In this document: one piece after another, positions 1 to 8,646 of the stretch
How the letters are laid out: each line of letters starts with the position of its first letter
How positions within the stretch are numbered: position 1 is the first letter of the stretch
Virus record (IMG/VR): IMGVR_UViG_3300037467_001116
Strand: one strand, 5' to 3'
Origin: a virus
Length of the DNA stretch: 42,602 bases
The notes under the pieces: generated by a model
Database searches by the model: none
Seen by the model: the letters and a program-made list of their open reading frames with translations, nothing else
What the model was told of the DNA's origin: nothing
Position numbers and translations under genes: made by a program

Positions 1-92
1 TCTGGTTCCTCCCGCTCCGAGATGGCGGGCGGGTGATTAACTGGACGGGCTGGCTGCCGAGCGAATGGTCAGAGGCTCAAAGGACTCGCTGC
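1..92. repeat. Direct terminal repeat, copy 1 (identical to 42511..42602)
   Basis: Base-for-base identity of the first and last 92 nt of the window. Implies a circular or terminally redundant genome with 42,510 bp of unique sequence. Confidence 0.95.
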
Positions 93-188
93 TGGTATCG
101 CTGGTTCGATGCCGCAATCCCGGCGACACGGCCCAGCCTCGACGAACGCTACCGCTATGCGAACGACCGCGACCATGTCCGCTGGTAG
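1..188 (+). CDS. 3' portion of a junction-spanning 63-aa hypothetical Trp-rich protein (true start ATG at 42507; codon phase here begins at nt 3)
   Basis: Joining 42507..42510 to 1..188 gives MIWFLPLRDGGRVINWTGWLPSEWSEAQRTRCWYRWFDAAIPATRPSLDERYRYANDRDHVRW. High third-position G+C. ATGA overlap with the stop of 42202..42510. Missed by the ORF track because the linearisation point splits it. Confidence 0.5.
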   Translation, partial: WFLPLRDGGRVINWTGWLPSEWSEAQRTRCWYRWFDAAIPATRPSLDERYRYANDRDHVRW

Positions 189-297
189 GGTCGCACTAAA
201 GGCCGCTGAGTTCATCGCGACCGCTCTAACTGTAGCGGTGTTCGTGACGACCGGCGAAACGCTGATCTGCTGGTGGCTGATCCGTGGACGAGACTGA
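175..297 (+). CDS. Possible 40-aa membrane peptide
   Basis: Internal ATG of track ORF 109..297. Hydrophobic stretch FIATALTVAVFVTTGETLICWWLI. The upstream part of the track ORF conflicts with the junction-spanning ORF. Confidence 0.25.
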   Translation: MSAGRVALKAAEFIATALTVAVFVTTGETLICWWLIRGRD

Positions 298-490
298 GCT
301 GGGCAGGGCCATGGATGATCTGGCGCGACGCCTGCTGAATGCCATTCTAGGCACAGCCCTCGATCCGGTCAAATCAGAAGCCGACCATTTCTACACCTGC
401 CAGCAATGCGGCCAGGCAGTGGATTACCGCAAGCTCGGGGACGTGCTTCACCACGAAGACGAAGGCCACAAGCCGATTCCGACAAATTAG
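284..490 (+). CDS. Hypothetical protein with CxxC motif
   Basis: 68-aa ORF (GTG start; alternative ATG at 311) with good third-position G+C bias. Contains CQQCGQ. Confidence 0.5.
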   Translation: MDETELGRAMDDLARRLLNAILGTALDPVKSEADHFYTCQQCGQAVDYRKLGDVLHHEDEGHKPIPTN

Positions 491-536
491 CCCGAAACTG
501 CCCACCCGATAGCGGGAGCAGAAAGCGAGGGACGCA

Positions 537-638
537 ATGACCGTTTACAAGCTCGCGAAGACGCATCCAGACTGGCAGGCGTTCGCAACGATTGTGGACG
601 GCGAGGTTCGAGTGTGGCGGGTCCGCATCAATGGCTGA
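537..638 (+). CDS. Possible 33-aa protein
   Basis: ATG preceded by GAGGGA. 8-nt overlap (ATGGCTGA) with the small-terminase start. Confidence 0.3.
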   Translation: MTVYKLAKTHPDWQAFATIVDGEVRVWRVRING

Positions 639-1002
639 AGACACAGCCGCTGTTCGCCAGACAATCATCGAAGAGCTGGAAAAGGGTAGAAGCCTCCTGT
701 CGATCTGCAAAGACGCAGGAATGCCGAGCCGCGAAGCTGTCCGGCTTTGGCAGAAAGCGGACGAGGCGTTCGATTTGGCAATTACGCGCGCACGCGAGGA
801 CGGTTTTTACTATCTGGCGGAACAAGCGAGGATCAAGGCGCAGACGGCCGAGGACGCGGCTAAGGGTCGCTTGGCCTTTGATGCCGACCGCTGGTATCTC
901 GGCAAGCTCAGCAACGCCTTCAGCGACAACAAGGCGCAAAAGCACGAGGTCACGCACGATCTAAGCGACAAGGCGAGGGCGTGGCTGGGCCTGGGTTCCT
1001 AG
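631..1002 (+). CDS. terS: Terminase small subunit (HTH type)
   Basis: Lies immediately upstream of the large terminase. HTH-like LLSICKDAGMPSREAVRLW. C-terminal RLAFDADRWYLGKL resembles the conserved small-terminase motif. Start taken at the internal ATG (MAEDTAAV). Confidence 0.6.
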   Translation: MAEDTAAVRQTIIEELEKGRSLLSICKDAGMPSREAVRLWQKADEAFDLAITRAREDGFYYLAEQARIKAQTAEDAAKGRLAFDADRWYLGKLSNAFSDNKAQKHEVTHDLSDKARAWLGLGS

Positions 1003-2468
1003 ACCTTTGCGCGGAGCGCTGGCCTGACAAGCTGGCGAGACTGCGCGGCGGGTTCTACACCATCAAGGACAAGACCGGCGCCGAAGTCCCGTTCGTGATG
1101 AACGAGGATCAAGAGCACTTCATGGACGAGCGCCACGGCCTCGATATTGTTCTCAAGGCCCGCCAGAAGGGATTCACGACGGTTATCCAGCTCGACATGC
1201 TGGACGACTGTTTGTTCAAGCCGAACACGTCCGCCGGCGTCATTGCTCACAACCTACAGGACGCCGAGGCGTTCTTCGCCGACAAGATCAAGTTTGCTTA
1301 CGACAATCTGCCGGACGAGCTCAGGGCCGTCGTGAGCGCTACCAGTGACACGGTTAGGAGCCTGAAGTTCAGCAACGGCTCCTCGATCCGGGTGGGCACA
1401 TCGCTACGCTCTGGCACGCTCCAACGCCTTCACGTTTCGGAATACGGCAAGCTCTGCGCCAAGTTTCCCGAGAAGGCGCGAGAGGTAAAGACTGGCGCGT
1501 TCAACACTGTGGCGCCTGGTCAGCAGATCACGGTGGAATCAACGGCTGAGGGTCAGTCGGGCGACTTTCACGCCATGACGACAGCGGCGCAGAACAGGGA
1601 ATTGAAGGGCGACCCGCTGACCGCGATGGACTGGAAGTTCCACTTCGCGCCGTGGTGGACGAGCCCCGAATACACCCTCGATGCCGATGTGATCGAGACG
1701 GCGGAAATGCAGGCGTATTTCGCCAAGCTTGAAGGCGAAGGCATCCACCTGACCCGTGAACAGCGGGCTTGGTATATTAAGAAGGCCGAGGAGCAGGGCG
1801 AGGACATCAAGCGCGAGTTCCCCTCCACTCCGAAGGAGGCGTTCGAGGCATCGATCGAGGGGGCATATTTCTCGACCGAAATGCGAAAGATGCGCGAACA
1901 GGGCCGCATCTGCCGTATTCCGATCCTCAACAAGCCGGTGGACGTTTACTGGGATCTTGGCGTCGGTGACGCGATGGCTTTGACCTTCAAGCAGCAGCTG
2001 GGGGCCGAAGAGCGGATCATCGACTATTACGAGAACAGCGGCGAAGGCTTCGAGCATTACGCCCGCTACCTCAACAGCAAGGACTACATCTACGGCCGCC
2101 ACTACTTCCCGCATGACGGGGACCAGCGCTCACTGGGCGCGGTTGCGAAGACCAAGAAGGAATGGGCCGAAGAGGCGGGCATCAGGCCCATCTCGATCGT
2201 CCCTCGCATCGCCACTGAGGCAGCGGGGATCGAGGCATCACGGGCCATGTTGCCGAGCGTATGGATCGATGAAGAGCGGTGCGCCCGCCTGATCCAGTGC
2301 CTCGACAACTACCGCAAGGACTGGGACGACAAGCTGGCGACGTGGAAATCCACGGCGCGGCACGATGAGTTTAGCCACGGCTACAAGTCGTTCGAGACGG
2401 CGGCGGTAGCGCCCAAGGCGGCATTTGCGGGCGGTAAGATCAATTACAGCAAGGGAGGCGTGGTTTGA
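981..2468 (+). CDS. terL: Terminase large subunit
   Basis: 495 aa. Position between the small terminase and the portal. The N-terminal half (DIVLKARQKGFTT, LHVSEYG) and C-terminal half (YWDLGVGDAMA, FPHDG) read as ATPase-like and nuclease-like regions, but no Walker or catalytic motif was explicitly mapped. GTG start. Confidence 0.85.
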   Translation: MAGPGFLDLCAERWPDKLARLRGGFYTIKDKTGAEVPFVMNEDQEHFMDERHGLDIVLKARQKGFTTVIQLDMLDDCLFKPNTSAGVIAHNLQDAEAFFADKIKFAYDNLPDELRAVVSATSDTVRSLKFSNGSSIRVGTSLRSGTLQRLHVSEYGKLCAKFPEKAREVKTGAFNTVAPGQQITVESTAEGQSGDFHAMTTAAQNRELKGDPLTAMDWKFHFAPWWTSPEYTLDADVIETAEMQAYFAKLEGEGIHLTREQRAWYIKKAEEQGEDIKREFPSTPKEAFEASIEGAYFSTEMRKMREQGRICRIPILNKPVDVYWDLGVGDAMALTFKQQLGAEERIIDYYENSGEGFEHYARYLNSKDYIYGRHYFPHDGDQRSLGAVAKTKKEWAEEAGIRPISIVPRIATEAAGIEASRAMLPSVWIDEERCARLIQCLDNYRKDWDDKLATWKSTARHDEFSHGYKSFETAAVAPKAAFAGGKINYSKGGVV

Positions 2469-4456
2469 TCGACAATCGCGAGCTCCTGTCCTTCCTCCAG
2501 CGCGAGGAAGAAAACTCATTCGACGGGACACTGCTCCAGGAAGTCGAGACCGCGCTCAAGGCTTATAACGGCGAGCCCTATGGCGACGAAGAGGATGGCC
2601 GCTCTCAAGTAGTGGCCCGCGATGTAGCCGAAACCACGGATTACATGCTCACGTCGGTCCTGGACGCGTTTGTGTCGTCGGGGCGGGTGGTCGAGTTCGA
2701 GCCTACGGACGAGGCGCAAGAGGATGTGTGCGATGACGCCACGGAGGCGATGCACTACCTCTATCGGAGGAAGTCGGGCTATCGCCTGATCCATGACTGG
2801 GCGAAGGGCGGGCTGCTCGAAAAGATCGCGATTGTTAAGTCCTGCGTCGAGCGCAAGCGGAAGCGCGTCGAGCGCGACGTTCCGACGATTTTCCTGCCTG
2901 ACAACGAGGACGAGCTAAGGGCCGCCGGCATAATCGCGGCTGACCAAATCGACGAAGAGACGCACCGCATTGCGACCATCGAGGAGTCGCCGGCGACGTT
3001 CCCGGATTATTTCGTGCCGCAGGAAGAGTTCCGCGTATCGCGCGACGCGCGGGATTTGGATAGCTCGGTCTATAACGCGCACATCTCCGAGAAGCTGGTT
3101 TCCGAACTGGTCGAGATGGGTTTCGACTATGACGAAGTCGCAAACCTTCAGGACGGCGGCAACAATGCCACGGTAGGCTTCGCCCGCGATGATGGGCGCG
3201 AGACGCTTAGGGACGACCGCACTGGCGCGCTCCGCAAGGTGTGGCTGCTGGAGGAATATGTCCTCTATGACCTGAACGGCGACGGCATTGCCGAGCGGCT
3301 GTGCATCCATCGGGTCGGAAACCACATCCTGTCGATTGAAGAGGTGGATTACCAGCCCTTCGAATTCTGGTGCCCGTTCCCGATGCAGGGCCGGCTCATT
3401 GGTCAATCGCTGGCCGACAAGACCGTGGACATCCAACGCGTGAACACCGCGCTTGAGCGGAACGGGCTGGACTCGCTCTACATGTCCGTTGCTCCTGGGA
3501 CGCTGGTTCACGAGGATTCAATCGGCGACAACACGATTGAGGATTTGCTGACCGTTCGCCCGCGCCGGATCGTTCGGTGGAAGGGCAGCGTCGAGCCCCA
3601 GCCCGAGACGGTCCAGGATATTAGCCAGATCGCGTTTCAGGCGATCGAGTTCAAGACGCGCCAGCGTGAGAGCCGCACGGGCATTACCCGCCTCAACAAG
3701 GGCGTGGACGAAGACACGCTCAACGACACGGCCAAGGGACAGGCGCAGCTCATGGCGCGCGGGCAGCAGATGGAGCGCTACATCATCCGCAACTTCGCGG
3801 AAGGCGTGGCCCGGCTGTTCATGAAGAAGGTTGGCCTGATGCGCCGCTACGGCCAGCCCTTCACCATTCGCGTCGATGGGGAATACAAGCAAGTCGATCC
3901 CTCGCAATGGCCCGAGGACATGGAGATCAATGTCAAGGTTGGTCTCGGCTCGGGCACGAAGGACGAGCGCCTGGCGTATCGGAACATGGTCGCCCAATCG
4001 CATTCGCTGCTGATGGGCGCTCAGGCCCCGATCTGCACGTGGGAGAACGTCTATAACAACCTGACCGCCGCCGCGAAGGATGCCGGACTGGCGCCGAACG
4101 ACCTCTACACCCACCCTGACGATGCGCCGCAGCAGGAACCGCAGCCCGATCCGGCGGTGATGAAGCTGCAAGCCGAGCTTCAGTTGAAGCAGCAGCAGTT
4201 GATGCAGGCCCAGCAGGACAGCCAGGCGAAGATCGCGTTGATGGCGCAGAAGGGCGCGAGTGACGCCCAAATCGCTCAGGCGCGAATGGAGAGCGAGACG
4301 CAACTGGCCCTCCGCCAGCAGAACATCGACGCATTCCTTCAGGCGCACGAAATGGCGATTGAGGCCCACAGGCACGCTGCCGAACAGCGGCGCGCCGAGG
4401 CGGAGAGCAAAGCGAAAGTCACATCCCTCCGCAAGGGTGGGAAGCTGAACAAATGA
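2465..4456 (+). CDS. Portal protein
   Basis: 663 aa directly after terL with a TTGA overlap. Size and Q-rich coiled-coil C-terminus are typical of portals. Confidence 0.75.
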   Translation: MIDNRELLSFLQREEENSFDGTLLQEVETALKAYNGEPYGDEEDGRSQVVARDVAETTDYMLTSVLDAFVSSGRVVEFEPTDEAQEDVCDDATEAMHYLYRRKSGYRLIHDWAKGGLLEKIAIVKSCVERKRKRVERDVPTIFLPDNEDELRAAGIIAADQIDEETHRIATIEESPATFPDYFVPQEEFRVSRDARDLDSSVYNAHISEKLVSELVEMGFDYDEVANLQDGGNNATVGFARDDGRETLRDDRTGALRKVWLLEEYVLYDLNGDGIAERLCIHRVGNHILSIEEVDYQPFEFWCPFPMQGRLIGQSLADKTVDIQRVNTALERNGLDSLYMSVAPGTLVHEDSIGDNTIEDLLTVRPRRIVRWKGSVEPQPETVQDISQIAFQAIEFKTRQRESRTGITRLNKGVDEDTLNDTAKGQAQLMARGQQMERYIIRNFAEGVARLFMKKVGLMRRYGQPFTIRVDGEYKQVDPSQWPEDMEINVKVGLGSGTKDERLAYRNMVAQSHSLLMGAQAPICTWENVYNNLTAAAKDAGLAPNDLYTHPDDAPQQEPQPDPAVMKLQAELQLKQQQLMQAQQDSQAKIALMAQKGASDAQIAQARMESETQLALRQQNIDAFLQAHEMAIEAHRHAAEQRRAEAESKAKVTSLRKGGKLNK

Positions 4457-4647
4457 CCCGCTATGTCGTCGGCCGCGCGAAAGCCGCCAAACCGCTCTAC
4501 ATCGAAACCCCGCTGTGGGATGATGCCGAGCCGATGCGCCCCATCCTCACGGTTGACGGCCCCGAGGCGGCGGACACGGGCCTGATTACAGCAACGGGTG
4601 AGCCGATCTTTCGCCTGCCAGAGCCAATGGGGTTCCATAAGCCATGA
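4453..4647 (+). CDS. Hypothetical protein
   Basis: 64-aa ORF coupled by ATGA overlaps on both sides. Confidence 0.5.
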   Translation: MTRYVVGRAKAAKPLYIETPLWDDAEPMRPILTVDGPEAADTGLITATGEPIFRLPEPMGFHKP

Positions 4648-4967
4648 CCCCCAGCGAGCGCATCGCCCGCGCGCATCGCGCAGAACGGGCGCTGGAAGAG
4701 TTCATTACGCCGATCCTGGCCGAATGCCGCGAGACCTACACCGCGCGGATTATCGAGGTTGCGGCCACCGAACTGAACCCGAAGAAGCGGGCCGACAAAC
4801 TCACTGCCCTGTCAACGGCAATGCGAGTCCTGGACAGCTTAGAGAACGGGATCCAGGCCGTCATGCTCGATGGGCAGATGGCCGAGAAGGATAGGCTCCG
4901 CGCCGATAAGATGGAGCGCATGACGCCGTCCGAGCGGCGCATCTTCGGACTCGTGCCAACACCATAA
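4644..4967 (+). CDS. Hypothetical head-module protein
   Basis: 107-aa ORF with ATGA overlap to the upstream gene and coding-like codon bias. Confidence 0.55.
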   Translation: MTPSERIARAHRAERALEEFITPILAECRETYTARIIEVAATELNPKKRADKLTALSTAMRVLDSLENGIQAVMLDGQMAEKDRLRADKMERMTPSERRIFGLVPTP

Positions 4968-5121
4968 AAGATAAGAGCGGGGCCAACCCGCCGAGAGTTT
5001 CGCTACCCGCAAAAACGAGCCGCAAAGTGGACGGGGAATGGCCCGAAAGCGAGCCGGTAACGGTCAAAGCCAAGCCGGGGGGCTGCCGCCAGAATGTGGC
5101 GCGGCAATCAATAGGTGACTG

Positions 5122-6129
5122 ATGACCCAGCAGGCTAACGAGCCCGCAGTCGGAGGTGACGACCATGTGGTTGCTGCCGAACTGACGCCCGAAGACCGTT
5201 TGAATGCGGCGTTTGCCGATCCAGAAAACCACAAGGAAGACGAGGACGATCCGGCAGAGGCGGGGGGTGAAGACCCATCCGCTGAAGATGCCGAAGACGA
5301 TCTGGAAATCGAAGCGGAGGAAGACGAGCTTCCGCCCATCGAGGCCCCGGTATCGTGGGACGCCGAAGCCAAGGAGCGCTTCGCCAAGCTTTCACGCGAG
5401 GACCAGGAGTATCTGGCGAAGCGTGAGGGTGAGCGCGAGCGGTTCGTCCAGCAGAAAGCGCAAGAAGCAGCCGGCGTGAAGCGGGAGGCTGAGCAGGCGG
5501 CAATAAGCCAGCTTGCACAGATCGAGCGCGGCTATGCCCAACAGCTTCAGCAGATTGCCGCCCAGTTCGATGTTCCGGAACCGGACATGGCGCTGATCGC
5601 GACCGATCCCGTGACCTACGCCATGCAGGCGCGAGCATATCAGAACGCCCAAGCCCAGCGTCAGCAGACGCAGCTGCAAGCGGAAGAGCTCGCCCGTCAG
5701 GCCCAGGCTCGCGAAGCTGAAGCCGATCGCTTGTTCCACGCGGAACAACGCCAAGCACTCGTCCAACATTTTCCCGAATATCTCGACCCCACGACCGGGC
5801 CGAAGCTCCAAACCGAGCTGTCGGCCGTCGCCAGGGAGTTGGGCTATTCGCCCGAGCTGATCGCGCAGGCCCGCGCCTCCGACATTCTTGCGATGAAGAC
5901 CGCTGCTGAGTGGAAGGTGAAAGCCGACCGCTGGGATAGGGCCAATTCAAAGAAGATGGAGAAGGTGCGCGCGGCCAAGACGCTGCCGAAGACTACGACC
6001 CCAGGCTCAGCCAAGGCCCCAGGGGCGGCGCGGCAAGCGGCATACGCATCAGATCGCGACGCCATGAAGCGCGGGGACAGGGACGCCACAATGCGTGTCC
6101 TCGATAGCTTCTTCACGCAACCCAAATAA
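5122..6129 (+). CDS. Scaffolding protein (putative)
   Basis: 335 aa between portal and capsid. Very acidic N-terminus and long Q/A/E-rich coiled-coil segments. Confidence 0.6.
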   Translation: MTQQANEPAVGGDDHVVAAELTPEDRLNAAFADPENHKEDEDDPAEAGGEDPSAEDAEDDLEIEAEEDELPPIEAPVSWDAEAKERFAKLSREDQEYLAKREGERERFVQQKAQEAAGVKREAEQAAISQLAQIERGYAQQLQQIAAQFDVPEPDMALIATDPVTYAMQARAYQNAQAQRQQTQLQAEELARQAQAREAEADRLFHAEQRQALVQHFPEYLDPTTGPKLQTELSAVARELGYSPELIAQARASDILAMKTAAEWKVKADRWDRANSKKMEKVRAAKTLPKTTTPGSAKAPGAARQAAYASDRDAMKRGDRDATMRVLDSFFTQPK

Positions 6130-6147
6130 CGAAAAGAGACATAGAAA

Positions 6148-7110
6148 ATGTCCGTTCCTTCAGGCACTTACCAAACCTACCAGGCGGTGGGTCGTCGGGA
6201 AGACCTTACCGATGTCATCCACGACATCTCCCCGACCAAAACGCCCTTCATGTCGAGCATCGGCAAGGGCAGCGCTGAGCAGAAGAACCACGAGTGGCAG
6301 ACCGACGTTCTGGCCGCCGCTGACGGCACCAACAAGGTGATCGAAGGCGACGATCCGAGCAACGATTCCGCGACTGCGACGGTGCGCCTGGGCAACTACA
6401 CGCAGCTCATGGACAAGGTGATTCAGGTCGCTTCGTCCAACCGCGTCGGCTCGAAAGCCGGTCGCGGCGACGAGCTCTCCTATCAGCGCTCCAAGCGCAT
6501 CAAGGAGATCAAGCGCGACATGGAGGCCCGTCTGACGGGTAACTATGCCAGTGCGGCAGGCGCTGCGGGCACGGCCCGTGAGTGCGCCGGCTTCGAGGCG
6601 TGGATCCAGACGAACTACTCGCGCGGCACGGGCGGTAGCTCAACCGCGTTCTCGGGCGGCATCCAGGCCGCTGCCACGGATGGCACTCAGCGCGCGTTCG
6701 ACGAGTCAATGTTGAAGACGGTCCTCGCTTCGATGGCCGACAACGGCGGCGAGGTCGATGGCGCGTTGGTCCTGCTCGGTTCGTTCAACAAGCAGGCCGC
6801 CTCGACCTTCGAGGGTATTGCAGCCCAGCGCCAGCAGGCAGGCGGCAATCTCGCGACGATCGTTGCCGGTGCGGACGTGTATGTGTCCGACTTCGGTCGC
6901 GTGAACATGGTTTATAGCCAGTTCTCGCGCTCGCGCTCGGCCCTCGTGGTCGATCCCGAGATGTGGAAGCTGTGCTATTACCAGCCCTTCAAGGTCGAAG
7001 ACCTCGCCAAGACGGGCCACAGCGACCGCCAGCTCCTCAGCGTCGAGTTCACGCTTGAGGCCTGCAACGAAAAGGGCAGCGGCGTGGTTGCGGACCTGAC
7101 CACGAGCTAA
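6148..7110 (+). CDS. Major capsid protein (HK97-fold, putative)
   Basis: 320 aa following the scaffold gene. N-terminal YQAVGRREDLTDVIHDISPTKTPF is typical of a phage major-capsid family. Followed by a strong terminator. Confidence 0.8.
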   Translation: MSVPSGTYQTYQAVGRREDLTDVIHDISPTKTPFMSSIGKGSAEQKNHEWQTDVLAAADGTNKVIEGDDPSNDSATATVRLGNYTQLMDKVIQVASSNRVGSKAGRGDELSYQRSKRIKEIKRDMEARLTGNYASAAGAAGTARECAGFEAWIQTNYSRGTGGSSTAFSGGIQAAATDGTQRAFDESMLKTVLASMADNGGEVDGALVLLGSFNKQAASTFEGIAAQRQQAGGNLATIVAGADVYVSDFGRVNMVYSQFSRSRSALVVDPEMWKLCYYQPFKVEDLAKTGHSDRQLLSVEFTLEACNEKGSGVVADLTTS

Positions 7111-7144
7111 CGCCCGACAACGAGCTAGTCTCAAACAGAAAAGG

Positions 7145-7175
7145 CGGCGGGAGGGCAACTTCCCGCCGTTCTCTC
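7145..7175 (+). terminator. Rho-independent terminator after the capsid gene
   Basis: CGGCGGGA(GG)/(CT)TCCCGCCG stem of 8-10 bp with a GCAA loop, followed by TTCTCTC. Confidence 0.55.
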
Positions 7176-7496
7176 ATGAACAAACGACTGCTCGACTACG
7201 ACCCGGCAACGGGTCTCAAGACGTTCCATTCCTATGACGAGACGGAGGATAAAACCTACATCTCGTATGAGCAGGATGTGCAGCCGATTTTGGACCGCAA
7301 CAAGGCGATCCAGAACCACGGTAATCACAAGATGGGTGATGGCTACATAGCCGCATCAATTCCCTGTTCGATCATGCTCAAGTGGCTGGTCGAATACGGC
7401 GTGGACGTAATGAACCCCGACCATGGCGATGCTGTGAAGCGCCTGCTGAACAGCAGCGACTGGCGGCACCTCAAACGAACACCCTTCACCATCTAA
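7176..7496 (+). CDS. Hypothetical protein
   Basis: 106-aa ORF starting directly after the terminator. Confidence 0.55.
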   Translation: MNKRLLDYDPATGLKTFHSYDETEDKTYISYEQDVQPILDRNKAIQNHGNHKMGDGYIAASIPCSIMLKWLVEYGVDVMNPDHGDAVKRLLNSSDWRHLKRTPFTI

Positions 7497-7510
7497 CAGG
7501 ACAACAAACA

Positions 7511-7987
7511 ATGGCTTCGATTCTTCGGAGGCTTCCGTCTGCGTCGTTCACGCGTCCGGCGGACACCACTGCCTATGCCTCGGGCGACCTCATGGCTAAC
7601 TCGACCACCGCCGGCTCAGTTGTGGCGATGACCTTTTCGCCCGTTACCAAGGGTTCGGGCCGCTCGGCTCAGATCCGCCGCGTGCGCGTGTCGAAGACGG
7701 GAACGAGCGTCACCAACGCTTCGGTTCGGCTTCACCTCTACACCACGTCTTCGATCACCGCCGCCAACGGCGACAATGGCGCATGGTCCACGGACAAGGC
7801 CGCCAACTATGTCGGCTCGGTTGATGTGACGATCGACAAGGCGATGACGGACGGCGCAGCTGGTAACGCGACGTGCGAGTTCAACATCAACAGTCTGTCG
7901 CTTTATGGCCTTCTGGAGGCCCGTGGCGCCTATACGCCGGCATCGGCTGAGGTGTTCACCGTCACCTTGGAATCGGCTGAAGACTAA
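7511..7987 (+). CDS. Hypothetical virion protein
   Basis: Internal ATG (MASILRRL) of track ORF 7382..7987, 158 aa. Located in the structural module. Confidence 0.5.
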   Translation: MASILRRLPSASFTRPADTTAYASGDLMANSTTAGSVVAMTFSPVTKGSGRSAQIRRVRVSKTGTSVTNASVRLHLYTTSSITAANGDNGAWSTDKAANYVGSVDVTIDKAMTDGAAGNATCEFNINSLSLYGLLEARGAYTPASAEVFTVTLESAED

Positions 7988-8646
7988 TGCCGATCATTGT
8001 CCCGATCGGGACCGGGGCAAGCGTTGGAACGGGCGTCACGACCTACGCGGGTCTTGTGGCGTCCGTTTCCGACTGGCTGAATCGGTCGGACCTCGACGCG
8101 AAGATTCCCGACTTCATTGCCCTGTTGGAAGCGCGCCTCAATCGTGAGCTGCGTGTTCCCGATATGGAGACGATCGAAGAGCTGACGGTTTCGGACGGCT
8201 CGGTTGATCTACCGACAGACTTTCTTGAGGCGCGGCACCTCTACATCGACCGCGACACGGATAGCGAAGTCGTCCCGGCTCCGCTGGACACCTTCAGGCG
8301 GCAATATCCGACCAGCGTTGCAGGCATTCCGCAAATATATGCCATTTCTGACGGGCAAATCTTGCTCGCCCCGTCTCCCGCCGACACCTACACGGCCTGG
8401 CTCCACTATTACCAGAAGCTGACCCCGCTTTCATCGGACAACCAGACTAACTGGCTGATCGTCTCGCACCCCGACGTTTACCTGTTTGGCGCATTGGTCA
8501 TGGCCGAAGCCTTCCTCTGGAATGATGAGCGGGTCGCGGGCTGGAAAAGCTTGTGGGATGAAGCCATCGCTAGTCTGCAAAAGCATGGGACCAAGAAGCG
8601 TCACGGCGGTGGCCCACTCTATCCGCGTGTTGCGGTCGCGCCGTGA
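7987..8646 (+). CDS. Putative head-tail adaptor / structural protein
   Basis: 219 aa with TAATG overlap upstream and GTGA overlap downstream. Call is by position only. Confidence 0.4.
   Translation: MPIIVPIGTGASVGTGVTTYAGLVASVSDWLNRSDLDAKIPDFIALLEARLNRELRVPDMETIEELTVSDGSVDLPTDFLEARHLYIDRDTDSEVVPAPLDTFRRQYPTSVAGIPQIYAISDGQILLAPSPADTYTAWLHYYQKLTPLSSDNQTNWLIVSHPDVYLFGALVMAEAFLWNDERVAGWKSLWDEAIASLQKHGTKKRHGGGPLYPRVAVAP

Noticed and set aside
1-92. Terminal repeats as transposon ends, LTRs or attL/attR
   Set aside because: The repeats are direct, not inverted, and exactly identical. A coding frame runs cleanly through the join. The integrase and candidate attP lie about 25 kb away. Circular closure or terminal redundancy is the simpler explanation.
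109-297. 62-aa track ORF at the window start
   Set aside because: Its 5' half overlaps the better-supported junction-spanning ORF, which has higher third-position G+C and an ATGA-coupled start. Only the 3' part from ATG 175 is kept, as a low-confidence membrane peptide.
3518-4375. 285-aa - strand ORF inside the portal gene (similar cases: 5135..5950, 9162..9806, 2915..3511)
   Set aside because: These lie antisense to long, motif-bearing structural genes. Open antisense frames of this kind are expected in G+C-rich coding DNA.
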